Below, piece after piece: positions 37,411 to 47,102 of a stretch of 64,000 nt of DNA. A program made the position numbers and the translations under genes. The DNA lies in the NCBI GenBank assembly GCA_963668645.2, contig CAXXWC010000022.1, positions 64,001 to 128,000 on the forward strand, written 5' to 3'. The notes beneath the pieces are model-generated. The model was not told where the DNA came from, searched no databases, and saw nothing but the letters and a program-made list of their open reading frames with translations. Position 1 is the stretch's first letter, and each line of letters begins with the position of its first letter. The stretch comes from Desulfobacterales bacterium (GTDB lineage: Bacteria; Desulfobacterota; Desulfobacteria; Desulfobacterales; UBA2174).

Positions 37411-39006
37411 CTATTTGTGCGTGATATCCAATCGGGGATCGTAGATCGTCGTTTCCACCTCCATCAGACCCAGCATCGTGTGAAAGAGGTGGTCGTGGGA
37501 AAAAGGCAAATCCGCCTTTTGGCGCAGGGCATCCTTGTCGATCTTGAAACTGTCGCCGAACCAGAATACGGCGGCGATGTGTTTCTGGACTTCCGGCGCC
37601 ACGGCATAGGGCAACCCGTGAAGATAGATCCCGTATTCACCGAGGGATTCGCCGTGATCGCTGATGTAGATCAAGGCCGCCTCGAAACGGTCGGTGTTGT
37701 TTTTGAGCAGCGCGATGGTCCGGGACAGAAAGTAATCGGTGTAAAGCAGGGCATTGTCATAGGCGTTGTCGATCTCTTCCCGGGAGCACTGCTCGATCTG
37801 GCTGGTGCGGCAGACCGGGGTGAACTTTTCGAAGGCAGGCGGATAGCGCTTGTAGTAGGCCGGTCCGTGGTTGCCCATCTGGTGCAGGACGATGAGGATG
37901 TCGCCCCGGGCCTGGGCGTCGATGTAATCCTGAAGCCCCACCAGCATCCCTTCGTCGCGGCACTCCGCGTCGCAGACCGGGTTGAGCGCCGGATTGCGAT
38001 AATCCTCGTACTGCACCCGCAGCGCCGTGCCTTTGGAATCCGAATTGTTGTCGCGCCAGAGCACGTGGACCCCGGCGTGGGCCAGGACGTCCAGGAGGTT
38101 TTCGTTGGAGCGGCCCTTCTTATCGCTGAACCCGGCCCGGGGGAAGATGGAGAACATGCAAGGAACCGAATAGGCGGTGGAGGTGCCGCAGGCGGTCATG
38201 TGGGTGAACGAGACGACGTCTTCTTGTTTCAGGAGCGGATTGGTCTCGCGCCGGTAGCCGTTGAGGGAAAAATGGTCGGCGCGGGCCGCTTCGCCGACGA
38301 CCAGAATGATCAGCTCGCGGTCGATATCGGTCTCGGGAATGCGGGCATCCTCGCCGATGGGGTGCAGCGGTTCCTGGGGCTGGCGGAATGTGCGGCCGAT
38401 ATACTTGCCGGCCGAGTAGACACAGTAGGCCGGATTCGCATAGTAGCGCAGCGGTTTGTGCTCCCTGAAAAAAGACGTGTAGAACTTGCTGAAAATCAGG
38501 ACGGCCGCCAGCACGATGAGCAGGGTGAGGCCGATGTCGCGCAGCTTGATCAGGACCGCTTTTTTCCAGGGCACCGGCTCCAGCCTGACCCAAGATACGA
38601 TTGCCGACGGCAGGACCCCGAGAATCAAGAAATAGGCCAGTACCGTGGGGCTGATCAGGTCGGCGGCCTCGTTGAAGTTCGTCTCCAATATGTTCTGGAT
38701 CATGGTGTGATCGATGACCACGTTGTAGGTGTCCATGAAACATGCGGCCACCGATGAGAGGAGCAGGAACAGGATCAGGACCGGTTTGGTCGTGTATCGC
38801 CAGCTGAGCAGCGAGAACAGAATCAGGTGGGCGGCGGTGAGCCCCGTGGCCAGGGATGCCAGAAAGCCGATGTTTTTCAGCGTGGCCGGGTAGACTTCCA
38901 GGACATGCCGGAAAAAACTGACATTATAGAAAAGCGTGAAAAGCAGGGCGCTGAAAAAATGAACCGGGTTTGGGTCGTTCGCATGGCGTTCACCATCCTG
39001 CAACAT
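37411..39006 (-). CDS. eptA: Lipid A phosphoethanolamine transferase (start uncertain)
   Basis: VVGEAARAD, CGTSTAYSVPCMFS, HQMGNHGPAY and SDHGESLGE. Confidence 0.9.
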   Translation of the reverse strand: MLQDGERHANDPNPVHFFSALLFTLFYNVSFFRHVLEVYPATLKNIGFLASLATGLTAAHLILFSLLSWRYTTKPVLILFLLLSSVAACFMDTYNVVIDHTMIQNILETNFNEAADLISPTVLAYFLILGVLPSAIVSWVRLEPVPWKKAVLIKLRDIGLTLLIVLAAVLIFSKFYTSFFREHKPLRYYANPAYCVYSAGKYIGRTFRQPQEPLHPIGEDARIPETDIDRELIILVVGEAARADHFSLNGYRRETNPLLKQEDVVSFTHMTACGTSTAYSVPCMFSIFPRAGFSDKKGRSNENLLDVLAHAGVHVLWRDNNSDSKGTALRVQYEDYRNPALNPVCDAECRDEGMLVGLQDYIDAQARGDILIVLHQMGNHGPAYYKRYPPAFEKFTPVCRTSQIEQCSREEIDNAYDNALLYTDYFLSRTIALLKNNTDRFEAALIYISDHGESLGEYGIYLHGLPYAVAPEVQKHIAAVFWFGDSFKIDKDALRQKADLPFSHDHLFHTMLGLMEVETTIYDPRLDITHK

Positions 39007-39084
39007 TTTTCAGGAGACGTCGGCAAGGACCTATTGACGGACGCGTCGATCACCGCAGAAACGCAGCCGGCAAGCAGGGCGGTT

Positions 39085-39513
39085 TCAGGCCCGGGGCGTG
39101 TCCGGATCGAGGCGTTTTCCCACGCTGATCACCGGATCCCGGCTGTAGCCGATCCGTTCGTAGAAGCGGACCACCCCGGCGTTGGTTTCGCGGATCTGGA
39201 GGTTGATCTTGGGACATCCGGCCTGTTTGAGCAGGGTCTCGGCCGCAGCCATGATCCGCCGGCCCAGTCCCCGGCCCTGCAAATCGGGGCGCACGGCCAG
39301 ATAGTTGATCCAGCCCCGGTGGCCTTCGTACCCGGCCATGCAGGTGGCGACCGGTGCACCGTCCAGCTCGCCTACCAGAAACCATTCGGGGTTGACTTCC
39401 AGTTTGCGCTGGATGTCCCGCTCGGGATTGTTGTGCGGCACCACAAGCCCGCACTGGCCCCACAGATCGATGACCGCCTGGCGGTCGGCCTCCTGGAACG
39501 GGCGGATCTTCAT
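39085..39513 (-). CDS. GNAT acetyltransferase (YpeA-like)
   Basis: GYEGHRGWINYLAV, QGRGLG and GCPKINLQIR. Confidence 0.88.
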   Translation of the reverse strand: MKIRPFQEADRQAVIDLWGQCGLVVPHNNPERDIQRKLEVNPEWFLVGELDGAPVATCMAGYEGHRGWINYLAVRPDLQGRGLGRRIMAAAETLLKQAGCPKINLQIRETNAGVVRFYERIGYSRDPVISVGKRLDPDTPRA

Positions 39514-40505
39514 TTGGGCCGCCTCGATTTTCGATGCCGGATGATGCCGGCTATCCCGTGCGGATTGCCGGGCAGCCCGGGTACGGGCACGCCGGTTTGC
39601 CGGTGGCCGTGCCCGGCGATGAGCATGCCGGCGGCACAGACCAGCAGGGTGCCCAGACCGCTCAGAAGAGAGAAGGTCTCGGACCAGAAGAGCCAGCCGA
39701 GAAGGGACGCAAAGACGATGTTGGCGTATGAAAAAGGCCCCATGCGGCTCGCCGGCGCGAGGCTGTAGCCCTGGGTGAGCAGGATCTGGCCGATGACCGC
39801 CAGGACGGCGACGCCGCCCAGGATTCCCATGGCCTGCAGCGACGGGGCCTGCCAGTCCCAGGCCATGGGCAGGGCCGAGACCAGGGTGGAGAGCAGGGCG
39901 AAGTAAAAGACGATGCGCCCGGGCGGTTCGCTGTCCGACATGCGCCGGATGCTCACCATGGCCACGGCAATCAGGACGCCGGCGCCCATCCCCATCAGGG
40001 CCATGGGCCGGATCACTCCCGGGCCGGGCCGCAGGATGAGCACCACCCCGGCAAAGCCGATCAGAACGGCCCAGCGCACGGCGGGGGGCACCGGTTCACC
40101 GATCCAGATGCGCGCCACCAAAGGGATGAAAAGGGGCGAGGTGTAGGCAAGGAGCACGGCCTCGGCCAGGGGCAGGCGCCCGATGGTGAAAAAGAAAAGA
40201 TACATCGACCCGAGACCGGCAAGGCTGCGCACCAGATGAAGGGAAAGCCGTCCGGTTTTGAGCGAGTTCAGCCCCGATCCCCGCAGCAAAAATGGGGTCA
40301 TGATGACCAGGGCCAGAAAGTTGCGGAAAAAGACCACCACGGTGTTGGGCAGTTCGGCGGTGGCCACCTTGACCAGCGCACCCATCGCCGCCAAAAGCAG
40401 CGAGGCGCCCACCACGTGCAGGGCCCCGGCCAGGATGCGGTCGTTGTCCTCCGATTCGGCGATGTCCGCCGCGTCTAGGGTATTCATCTTGTATTGAGCG
40501 TCCAT
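39510..40505 (-). CDS. DMT/EamA-family transporter (start uncertain)
   Basis: Ten TM helices, VVFFRN, GEPV and GVVLILRPG. Confidence 0.85.
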   Translation of the reverse strand: MDAQYKMNTLDAADIAESEDNDRILAGALHVVGASLLLAAMGALVKVATAELPNTVVVFFRNFLALVIMTPFLLRGSGLNSLKTGRLSLHLVRSLAGLGSMYLFFFTIGRLPLAEAVLLAYTSPLFIPLVARIWIGEPVPPAVRWAVLIGFAGVVLILRPGPGVIRPMALMGMGAGVLIAVAMVSIRRMSDSEPPGRIVFYFALLSTLVSALPMAWDWQAPSLQAMGILGGVAVLAVIGQILLTQGYSLAPASRMGPFSYANIVFASLLGWLFWSETFSLLSGLGTLLVCAAGMLIAGHGHRQTGVPVPGLPGNPHGIAGIIRHRKSRRPK

Positions 40506-40628
40506 ATCGAGCCCGTCATATCCCTGCAGTGAATAAACCTCAAGCGGTTGCGGCCCTGCGACCGAAACCGAAAGGTGACTTAATAACAACAGAAAAAACA
40601 ATGGCAAGGGGTGAAAGCCGAGAAACGA

Positions 40629-42653
40629 TTAAATCGGCCCGTCCAGCGGCTCGAGCACCACGGCGCTGCGGGCCGGCAGGTAGAGGCGGATTCCGGCGCG
40701 GCCCGGGTCGGGCCGGCGGTAGACCTGTTCGGGGATAAGCCGGCCGTGGCCCCCGTAGCGCGGGGCGTCGGTGTCCAGGATCAGCCGGTAGGCGCCGCCC
40801 GGCGCGCGGATGGCGTAATCGGTGTGGGAACGGTCAGGATGGAAGTTGAAGACCAGGACCAGGCTGCGGCGGCAAAAGGCGATCACCTTGTCGTGCTGGT
40901 GTTCCAGCAGCAGGTGGGGCGCCGTACCGTCGATCAGGTTCCAGTCGGCCGCCAGGCGCAGCATGTCGCGGTCGAAGCGGCCGATCTGGTGGAAGCGCAG
41001 CATCGGATCGTCGGCCAAGGACCACTGGCGCCGGGCGTGGGCAAAGGACCAGCCGTTGCCTTGCCGGGGAAAATCGATCCAGTCCGGATGGCCGAACTCG
41101 TTGCCCATGAAGTTTAGATACCCGTGGCCGGCGGTGGCCAGGGTGATCAGGCGGATCATCTTGATCAGGGCCATGCCGCGGTCCACGGCCAGATGGCGCT
41201 CGTTGATCCCCATGTGGTGGTACATGGCCGCCCCGATGAGCCGGAAAATGAGCGTCTGATCGCCCACCAGGGCCTGGTCGTGGCTTTCGGCGTAGGCGAT
41301 GGAGCGCTCTTCGGCCCGCCGGTTGGTCAGCTCGTGCCAGAGGGTGCCCATGGACCAGTCCTCATCGGGGGTGTCCTTGACCAGACGGATCCAGTAGTCG
41401 GGAACTCCCATGGCGAAGCGGTAGTCGAAGCCGATCCCCCCCTCGGCCTGCGGGGCCGCCAGGCCCGGCATCCCGCTGACGTCCTCGGCCACGGTGACGG
41501 CATCCGGTCTGACGGTGTGCACCAGCCGGTTGGCCAGGGCCAGGAAGCCGAGGGCCGCCTCGTCCACTTCGGGGCCGAAGTATTCCGCGTATCCATCGAA
41601 GGCGTGCTCCAGGCCGTGGTGGTGGTAGAGCATGCTGGTGACCCCGTCGAAGCGGAACCCGTCGACCCGGAATTCGTCCAGCCAGTAGCGGCAGTTGGAA
41701 AGCAGAAAGTGGAGCACCTCGATGCGCCCGTAGTCGAAAAGAAACGACCCCCAGGCCGGGTGCCGGCCCCGGTCCCCGGGAGCCGTGTACTGGCGGCCGC
41801 TGCCGTCCAGGCGCCCGATCCCCTCTACCGTGTTGTCGACCATGTGGGAATGGACCAGATCGATGAGCACCCGCAGGCCGGCGGCGTGGGCCGCGTCGAT
41901 GAGCAGCTTGAGATCGTCCGGGGTGCCGAACCGCGAGGCGGGGGCGAAGAAGCTCGATACCTGGTAGCCGAAGCTGGCGTAGTAGGGGTGTTCCTGCAAG
42001 GCCATGAGCTGGAGCGTGTTGTAGCCGGCGGCCCGCACCCGGGGCAGCACATCCCGGGCAAATTCGCGGTAGGTGCCGATTCTGCCCGCCTCCGGGGCCA
42101 TGCCCACATGGGCTTCGTAGACCAGGGGCATGGCCGGCTGCGGGGGGCTGAGGCTGCGCCAGCGGTAGGGGGCGGGCGGATCCCAGACCTGGGCCGAGAA
42201 GATCAGGGTCGCCGGATCCTGCACCACGCGCCGGGCCCAGGCCGGGATGCGCTCGGCGCCGCCTCCGGGCCATTCCACCCAGAGGCGGTAGAGGCTCTGG
42301 TGGCAAAGGGTCGCGGCGTCCAGGCCAAGTTCCCAATCCCCGCCCCGGTTGATCCGTTGCAGGGCGAAGCGCGGATCCGGGCGCCAGCCGCTGTGGTCCC
42401 CGATCAGGTAGACGGCCGTGGCTCCGGGGGCCCACTCGCGAAACACCCATCCTGCGGGCCGGCGGTGCAGGCCGTAATGGGTGTGGCCCGAGGCAAAGGC
42501 GGGCAGGTCCGCACTGTTGACGGTCAGGCGCTTTTCCAGGGCCTCAACGGCGGTCAAGCGTCTTTCGAGGACCGGGGCATAGGGGGCCAGGTAGGCATCG
42601 CTGGCCACCAGGTGCCGGACCCGCTGGCGGATCGTATCGTCCAAATAGGGCAT
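40629..42653 (-). CDS. glgB: 1,4-alpha-glucan branching enzyme (eukaryote/Bacteroidetes-like type)
   Basis: FREWAP, YEAHVGM, GFRFDGVTSMLY, AEDVSG, YAESHDQALVGD and YLNFMGNEFGHP. Confidence 0.92.
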   Translation of the reverse strand: MPYLDDTIRQRVRHLVASDAYLAPYAPVLERRLTAVEALEKRLTVNSADLPAFASGHTHYGLHRRPAGWVFREWAPGATAVYLIGDHSGWRPDPRFALQRINRGGDWELGLDAATLCHQSLYRLWVEWPGGGAERIPAWARRVVQDPATLIFSAQVWDPPAPYRWRSLSPPQPAMPLVYEAHVGMAPEAGRIGTYREFARDVLPRVRAAGYNTLQLMALQEHPYYASFGYQVSSFFAPASRFGTPDDLKLLIDAAHAAGLRVLIDLVHSHMVDNTVEGIGRLDGSGRQYTAPGDRGRHPAWGSFLFDYGRIEVLHFLLSNCRYWLDEFRVDGFRFDGVTSMLYHHHGLEHAFDGYAEYFGPEVDEAALGFLALANRLVHTVRPDAVTVAEDVSGMPGLAAPQAEGGIGFDYRFAMGVPDYWIRLVKDTPDEDWSMGTLWHELTNRRAEERSIAYAESHDQALVGDQTLIFRLIGAAMYHHMGINERHLAVDRGMALIKMIRLITLATAGHGYLNFMGNEFGHPDWIDFPRQGNGWSFAHARRQWSLADDPMLRFHQIGRFDRDMLRLAADWNLIDGTAPHLLLEHQHDKVIAFCRRSLVLVFNFHPDRSHTDYAIRAPGGAYRLILDTDAPRYGGHGRLIPEQVYRRPDPGRAGIRLYLPARSAVVLEPLDGPI

Positions 42654-42673
42654 GGTCGGCCTGCGCTGATCGG

Positions 42674-44191
42674 CTATTCGACGATCAACGGACGTTCGAG
42701 CATCTTTTCGTAAAGCTCGATGTAATGACGCGCCGTGACCGCGTGGGTGAAGGTCTGCCGGCTTTCGCGCATGATCCGCTGGATCTGGTCCCGGCGCAGG
42801 GTCTCGGGCAGGCGGTGGAATGCCATGGCCTGCTCCACGGCCCAGAACAGCCCCTGGCTGTCGAAATAGTCGAAGAGGAACCCGTTGCCCGTATCCTGGT
42901 CCGGGTTCAGATGCCGGATGGTGTCGTGGATCCCGCCGGTGTTGTGGGCCACGGGCAGGGTGCCGTAGATCGGAGCGATCATCTGGGGCAGGCCGCAGGG
43001 CTCGAAGCGCGAGGGCATGAGCATGAAATCGGCCGCCGCATAGCCCTGGCGTTCCAGAGTGCCGTTGAAATCGCAGACCGCCACCCGCCGCTGGAAATCG
43101 TGCCTGGCCACGATGTCGCGAAAGACCTGCTGGTAGGCGCCGTTGGCCACGAATACGATCTGCAGCGTTTCGTCCCAGAAGCTGGAGATCGTCCGGAAGA
43201 GGATATCCGAGAGGAGCTGGCATCCTTTCTGGATCGGATCGAGGCGGTGGGGCCAGAAAAAGAGGGGCGCGTTTTCGTCCACGATCAACCCCAGAGCCTG
43301 CTGCAGCAGTCGCTTGTTTTCGCGTTTGGCCGGGAGGCAGTCGTCAGGCCCGTAGCGCCGGGGCAGCACCGGATCGGTATCCGGCCGGAAGGATGGGTCC
43401 GGGGCGTTGAGAATCCCCGCGGCGCAGTCGGAGTGGTACTTGTTGGTCAGTTCGCGGCGCAGGTGGCCGTCGATGAAGTCATGGCGGCCCTCGGCGATTT
43501 CCATCAGAAAAGTGGGGCTGACGGTGTTGACGAAATGGGCGGCGAAGACCCCGGAGGTGAGCAGGTCCACCGGGAAGGCCTCGCGGGCCTGTTCGTATTC
43601 ATCCGCGTATCGGCGGTAGTAGAGGTGCTGCCAGAAATAGGCCGCATCGATGCCCCGGTCCTCGATTTCGGCCAGGGTGCTGGTCACCGTGTGGACGTTG
43701 TGCAGGGTGAAAAGGCAGGGGATCCCGGCGCGGCGGGTCATGCCGGGGACCAGACCCGTCATCCAGTCGTTGCAGTGGATCAGGTCCGGCCGGACCCGGG
43801 GCAGGATGTTGTTGATCACCTCGCGCTGGAAGGCCAGGGCGATCATGAGGTTGTCGCGGCTGTAGTTGGCGTAGACGTGCTCGACGTAGAAAAAGGCCCG
43901 GTCCTCGGCCAGATGGATCCGGTCGTCGGGCATCTTGGTCCGGATGTTTTCCAGCTCCCGGCCCGGATAGAGGCCGCTGGCCTCATGATTGAACATGCGC
44001 CGGTAGTCGGGAATGGCCACGTGCACGTCGGCGCCCTGCTCGAAAAGAGCGCTGATCAGGGCCGCCGACACGTCGGCCAACCCCCCGGCCTTGGCCTTGA
44101 GGTAGTTGGCCGCGTTGCCCATGCCGTCCGGCAGATAGGTCACCTCGGGGGTGACGATGAGAATCCGCGGATTTTTCTGTGGGCTGTGCAT
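42674..44191 (-). CDS. glgA: Glycogen/starch synthase (GT5)
   Basis: KAGGLADV, HCNDW and MPSRFEPCGL. Confidence 0.9.
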   Translation of the reverse strand: MHSPQKNPRILIVTPEVTYLPDGMGNAANYLKAKAGGLADVSAALISALFEQGADVHVAIPDYRRMFNHEASGLYPGRELENIRTKMPDDRIHLAEDRAFFYVEHVYANYSRDNLMIALAFQREVINNILPRVRPDLIHCNDWMTGLVPGMTRRAGIPCLFTLHNVHTVTSTLAEIEDRGIDAAYFWQHLYYRRYADEYEQAREAFPVDLLTSGVFAAHFVNTVSPTFLMEIAEGRHDFIDGHLRRELTNKYHSDCAAGILNAPDPSFRPDTDPVLPRRYGPDDCLPAKRENKRLLQQALGLIVDENAPLFFWPHRLDPIQKGCQLLSDILFRTISSFWDETLQIVFVANGAYQQVFRDIVARHDFQRRVAVCDFNGTLERQGYAAADFMLMPSRFEPCGLPQMIAPIYGTLPVAHNTGGIHDTIRHLNPDQDTGNGFLFDYFDSQGLFWAVEQAMAFHRLPETLRRDQIQRIMRESRQTFTHAVTARHYIELYEKMLERPLIVE

Positions 44192-44301
44192 GGGCTGAAG
44201 GACCGTTGCAGGTCGAGGTTCACAGGTCTGGGCTGACGTCGGGGCAGCTTAGCGCATGCGGTTTCTATCTGCAATCGCGAAGCGAAAATCGCCACTATCC
44301 G

Positions 44302-46842
44302 TCATGCCCAGGTGATCAGGCCGGGGATAAAGCGCAGCAGTTCATCGCCCCGCGGCACCACCCGGGCGGTGAATCCGTAGCGCCCGGCACTGCCGCAGCG
44401 GATGGCGCAGGTGTAACGGTGGCGCCCCCCGTCCAGTTGCCCGGCCACCTCCATCGGGGCCACATGGCTGGCCGCCAGGGTTTCGAGGGATTTGATCACG
44501 CCGTAGTAAACCTCCACGTCAACTTCCTCGGGCCGCAGGCTTCCCAGATTCACCGTGGTGCTCACCTCGAGTTGGTCGCCGACCCGGAAGGGGCCGGCGC
44601 TGGAGCTTTCCGGCTGCGAGACGGTCACCGCATGCCATTCTTTCATCAGGCGCTGGCGCTGCTGGTGGAGTTCCCTGGCCCGCACAGCGCCGTCGGCCAG
44701 CAACTGATGGTGGTTTTGCACCGAAGGTTCGTAAAAACGGGTGTCGTACTGGGCCAGCATCCGATGGGCGCAGAAGCCGGAGATCGCCATTTTCATCGAC
44801 GCCTTCATCATGGCGATCCAGCGGCTGGGCACATCCCCGTTGCGCCGTTCGTAAAAGGTCGGGATCACATCGTTTTCCAGGATGTTGTAAAGGGCCTGGC
44901 CCTCCACCAGATCCTGGTAGCTCTCATCTTCGTAGGTTTCGCCGCTGCCGATGCGCCATCCGCGGTCGTCGCGGAACCCCTCGCACCACCAGCCGTCGAG
45001 GATGCTCAGGTTCAGCACCCCGTTGGCCGCGGCTTTCATCCCGGATGTGCCGCAGGCTTCGTAGGGCCGGCGCGGGGTGTTGAGCCAGATATCGCAGCCC
45101 TGCACCAGGTGCCGGGCCAGGTAGATGTCGTAGTCTTCGATAAAGACCACCCGGTGCCGGATCCGGGGGCGCTGGGCGAACTGGACTATCCGCTGGATCA
45201 GGGCCTTGCCCTCGTTGTCCCGCGGATGGGCCTTGCCGGCGAACAGGAGCTGGATCGGCCGGGTCTGGGAAGTGATCAGGGCTTCGAGGCGATCCGGCTC
45301 CTGGAGCAGCAGGGTGGCGCGCTTGTAGGTGGCGAAGCGGCGCGCGAACCCGATGGTCAGGATCTCCTGGTCGAGGACCGCCTCGGCTTCCTGCATGGCC
45401 GCCTTGGGGGCGTTGCGCTGGCTGTATTGGCGCACCATGAGGCGCCGGCAGGTGCGGATCAGACGCGAGCGGGCCATCTCATGGGCGCGCCACAACTCCT
45501 CGTTGTAGATCTGGTCGATGCGGTTGAAGGTTTCCGGGGCACTGCTGTGCAGGTACCAATCCGGCCCGAGATAGCGCTCGAAGAGGCGGGCGTTGTCCAC
45601 CGAAATCCACGAGGCGATGTGCACCCCGTTGGTCACGTGGCCTATGGGCACTTCGTTTTCCGGGCGGCCGGGCCAGATGTGGGTCCACATGCGCCGGGCC
45701 GTGGCCCCGTGCAGTTCACTGACCCCGTTGCAGTACATGGTGTTGCGCATTCCCAGAACGAACATGGAAAGCGGGGAATGAGGCGCCGCCTGGCCCCAGG
45801 AAAGGATTTCGTCTACCGGGGTCTTGAGCCGCTTTTCAAAAGGGAGCAGATAGGGGCGCACCAGGTCCGGCGGAAATTCGTCGTGCCCGGCGGCCACCGG
45901 TGTGTGGGTGGTAAAGACCGTCGAGCGCGGTATGATTTCCAGGGCGGTGGCCAGATCCACGCCGTGGGTTTCCATCACCTGGGCCAGCCATTCGATGCCG
46001 GCAAAGGCGCAGTGGCCCTCGTTGAGGTGGACCGTGGTGGGCTTGAGGCCCAAGGCGGCCAGGGCCTTGAGCCCGCCGATACCCAGCAGCACCTCCTGGG
46101 CCAGGCGCCGCACCGCCTCCCCGGCGTAGAGCCGGTCGGTGATCTCGCGCAGCGGCGGCGAGTTCTCCGGGACGTTGGTGTCGAGCAGATAGAGCTGGAC
46201 CCGGCCTACGTCGACGCGCCACACGGCGGCATGGATCGTTCCTTCCGGCCCTTCGATCTCGACCGTGACTTCCTGGCCGTCGTCTCCCCTGGCCCGGTTC
46301 AGCGGAAGGATGAACAGGTCGGTTTCGGGGTAGTTCTCCTGCTGCCAGCCGTTTTGATCGAGGAACTGGTGGAAATAGCCGCGCCGAAAAAGAAGGCCGA
46401 CCCCGACCAGGGGTACCCCCATGTCCGAGGCCGCCTTGAGGTGGTCCCCGGCCAATACCCCCAGGCCGCCGGCGAAGAGGGGGAGGCTTTCGTGGATGCC
46501 GAACTCCATCGAAAGATAGGCGATCAGGGTGTCTTTGCGATAGCGGGTGAGGGATCTTTCCGTGGGCAGCTCGACTTCGATTTCGAAGAGGCTTTTGACC
46601 CGCTCCAGATGGGCCAGAAACGTTTCGTCGCTGGCCAGCTGTTCCAGCCGGGCCTGGGAGATGCGGGTGGAAAAGGCGATGGGGTTTTCCTGGCATTTGT
46701 CCCAGAGCACCGGATCGATGCGCCGGAAAAGGGCCATGGCCTCGGTGTTCCAGCACCACCAGAGGTTGCGGGCCAGTTTTTCAAGAAATGACAAAGAGCT
46801 GGGGACATTGGGGTAGACTTGAAAGGTTTGGAAGCGGCTCAT
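44302..46842 (-). CDS. glgP: Alpha-glucan phosphorylase
   Basis: GGLGVLAGDHLK, LNEGH, FARRFATYKR and EACGTSGMK. Confidence 0.93.
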   Translation of the reverse strand: MSRFQTFQVYPNVPSSLSFLEKLARNLWWCWNTEAMALFRRIDPVLWDKCQENPIAFSTRISQARLEQLASDETFLAHLERVKSLFEIEVELPTERSLTRYRKDTLIAYLSMEFGIHESLPLFAGGLGVLAGDHLKAASDMGVPLVGVGLLFRRGYFHQFLDQNGWQQENYPETDLFILPLNRARGDDGQEVTVEIEGPEGTIHAAVWRVDVGRVQLYLLDTNVPENSPPLREITDRLYAGEAVRRLAQEVLLGIGGLKALAALGLKPTTVHLNEGHCAFAGIEWLAQVMETHGVDLATALEIIPRSTVFTTHTPVAAGHDEFPPDLVRPYLLPFEKRLKTPVDEILSWGQAAPHSPLSMFVLGMRNTMYCNGVSELHGATARRMWTHIWPGRPENEVPIGHVTNGVHIASWISVDNARLFERYLGPDWYLHSSAPETFNRIDQIYNEELWRAHEMARSRLIRTCRRLMVRQYSQRNAPKAAMQEAEAVLDQEILTIGFARRFATYKRATLLLQEPDRLEALITSQTRPIQLLFAGKAHPRDNEGKALIQRIVQFAQRPRIRHRVVFIEDYDIYLARHLVQGCDIWLNTPRRPYEACGTSGMKAAANGVLNLSILDGWWCEGFRDDRGWRIGSGETYEDESYQDLVEGQALYNILENDVIPTFYERRNGDVPSRWIAMMKASMKMAISGFCAHRMLAQYDTRFYEPSVQNHHQLLADGAVRARELHQQRQRLMKEWHAVTVSQPESSSAGPFRVGDQLEVSTTVNLGSLRPEEVDVEVYYGVIKSLETLAASHVAPMEVAGQLDGGRHRYTCAIRCGSAGRYGFTARVVPRGDELLRFIPGLITWA

Positions 46843-47102
46843 GGAAGCGGTTTGTCCTTGTGTCTGTAGAAGAATACCGGTCGCCGGTGGCGGATGCAGG
46901 TGCGATGGTACGGAAGGTGCTCAGTAAGGGTTCAAATGGATTTGCGGTATTTTTCCTAAAAAAAATTGACGGCGTCGCCACCCGTTAACGGCCGTGCTGA
47001 TCTAAACCTCCTATACAACGCCGCCCGCCGGGTGGCAAGGGGGGGCGGGGGGCAGGCAGCAATCCCCGGTGAACCCAAAAATAGATCGGCCGGTCCTTCT
47101 TT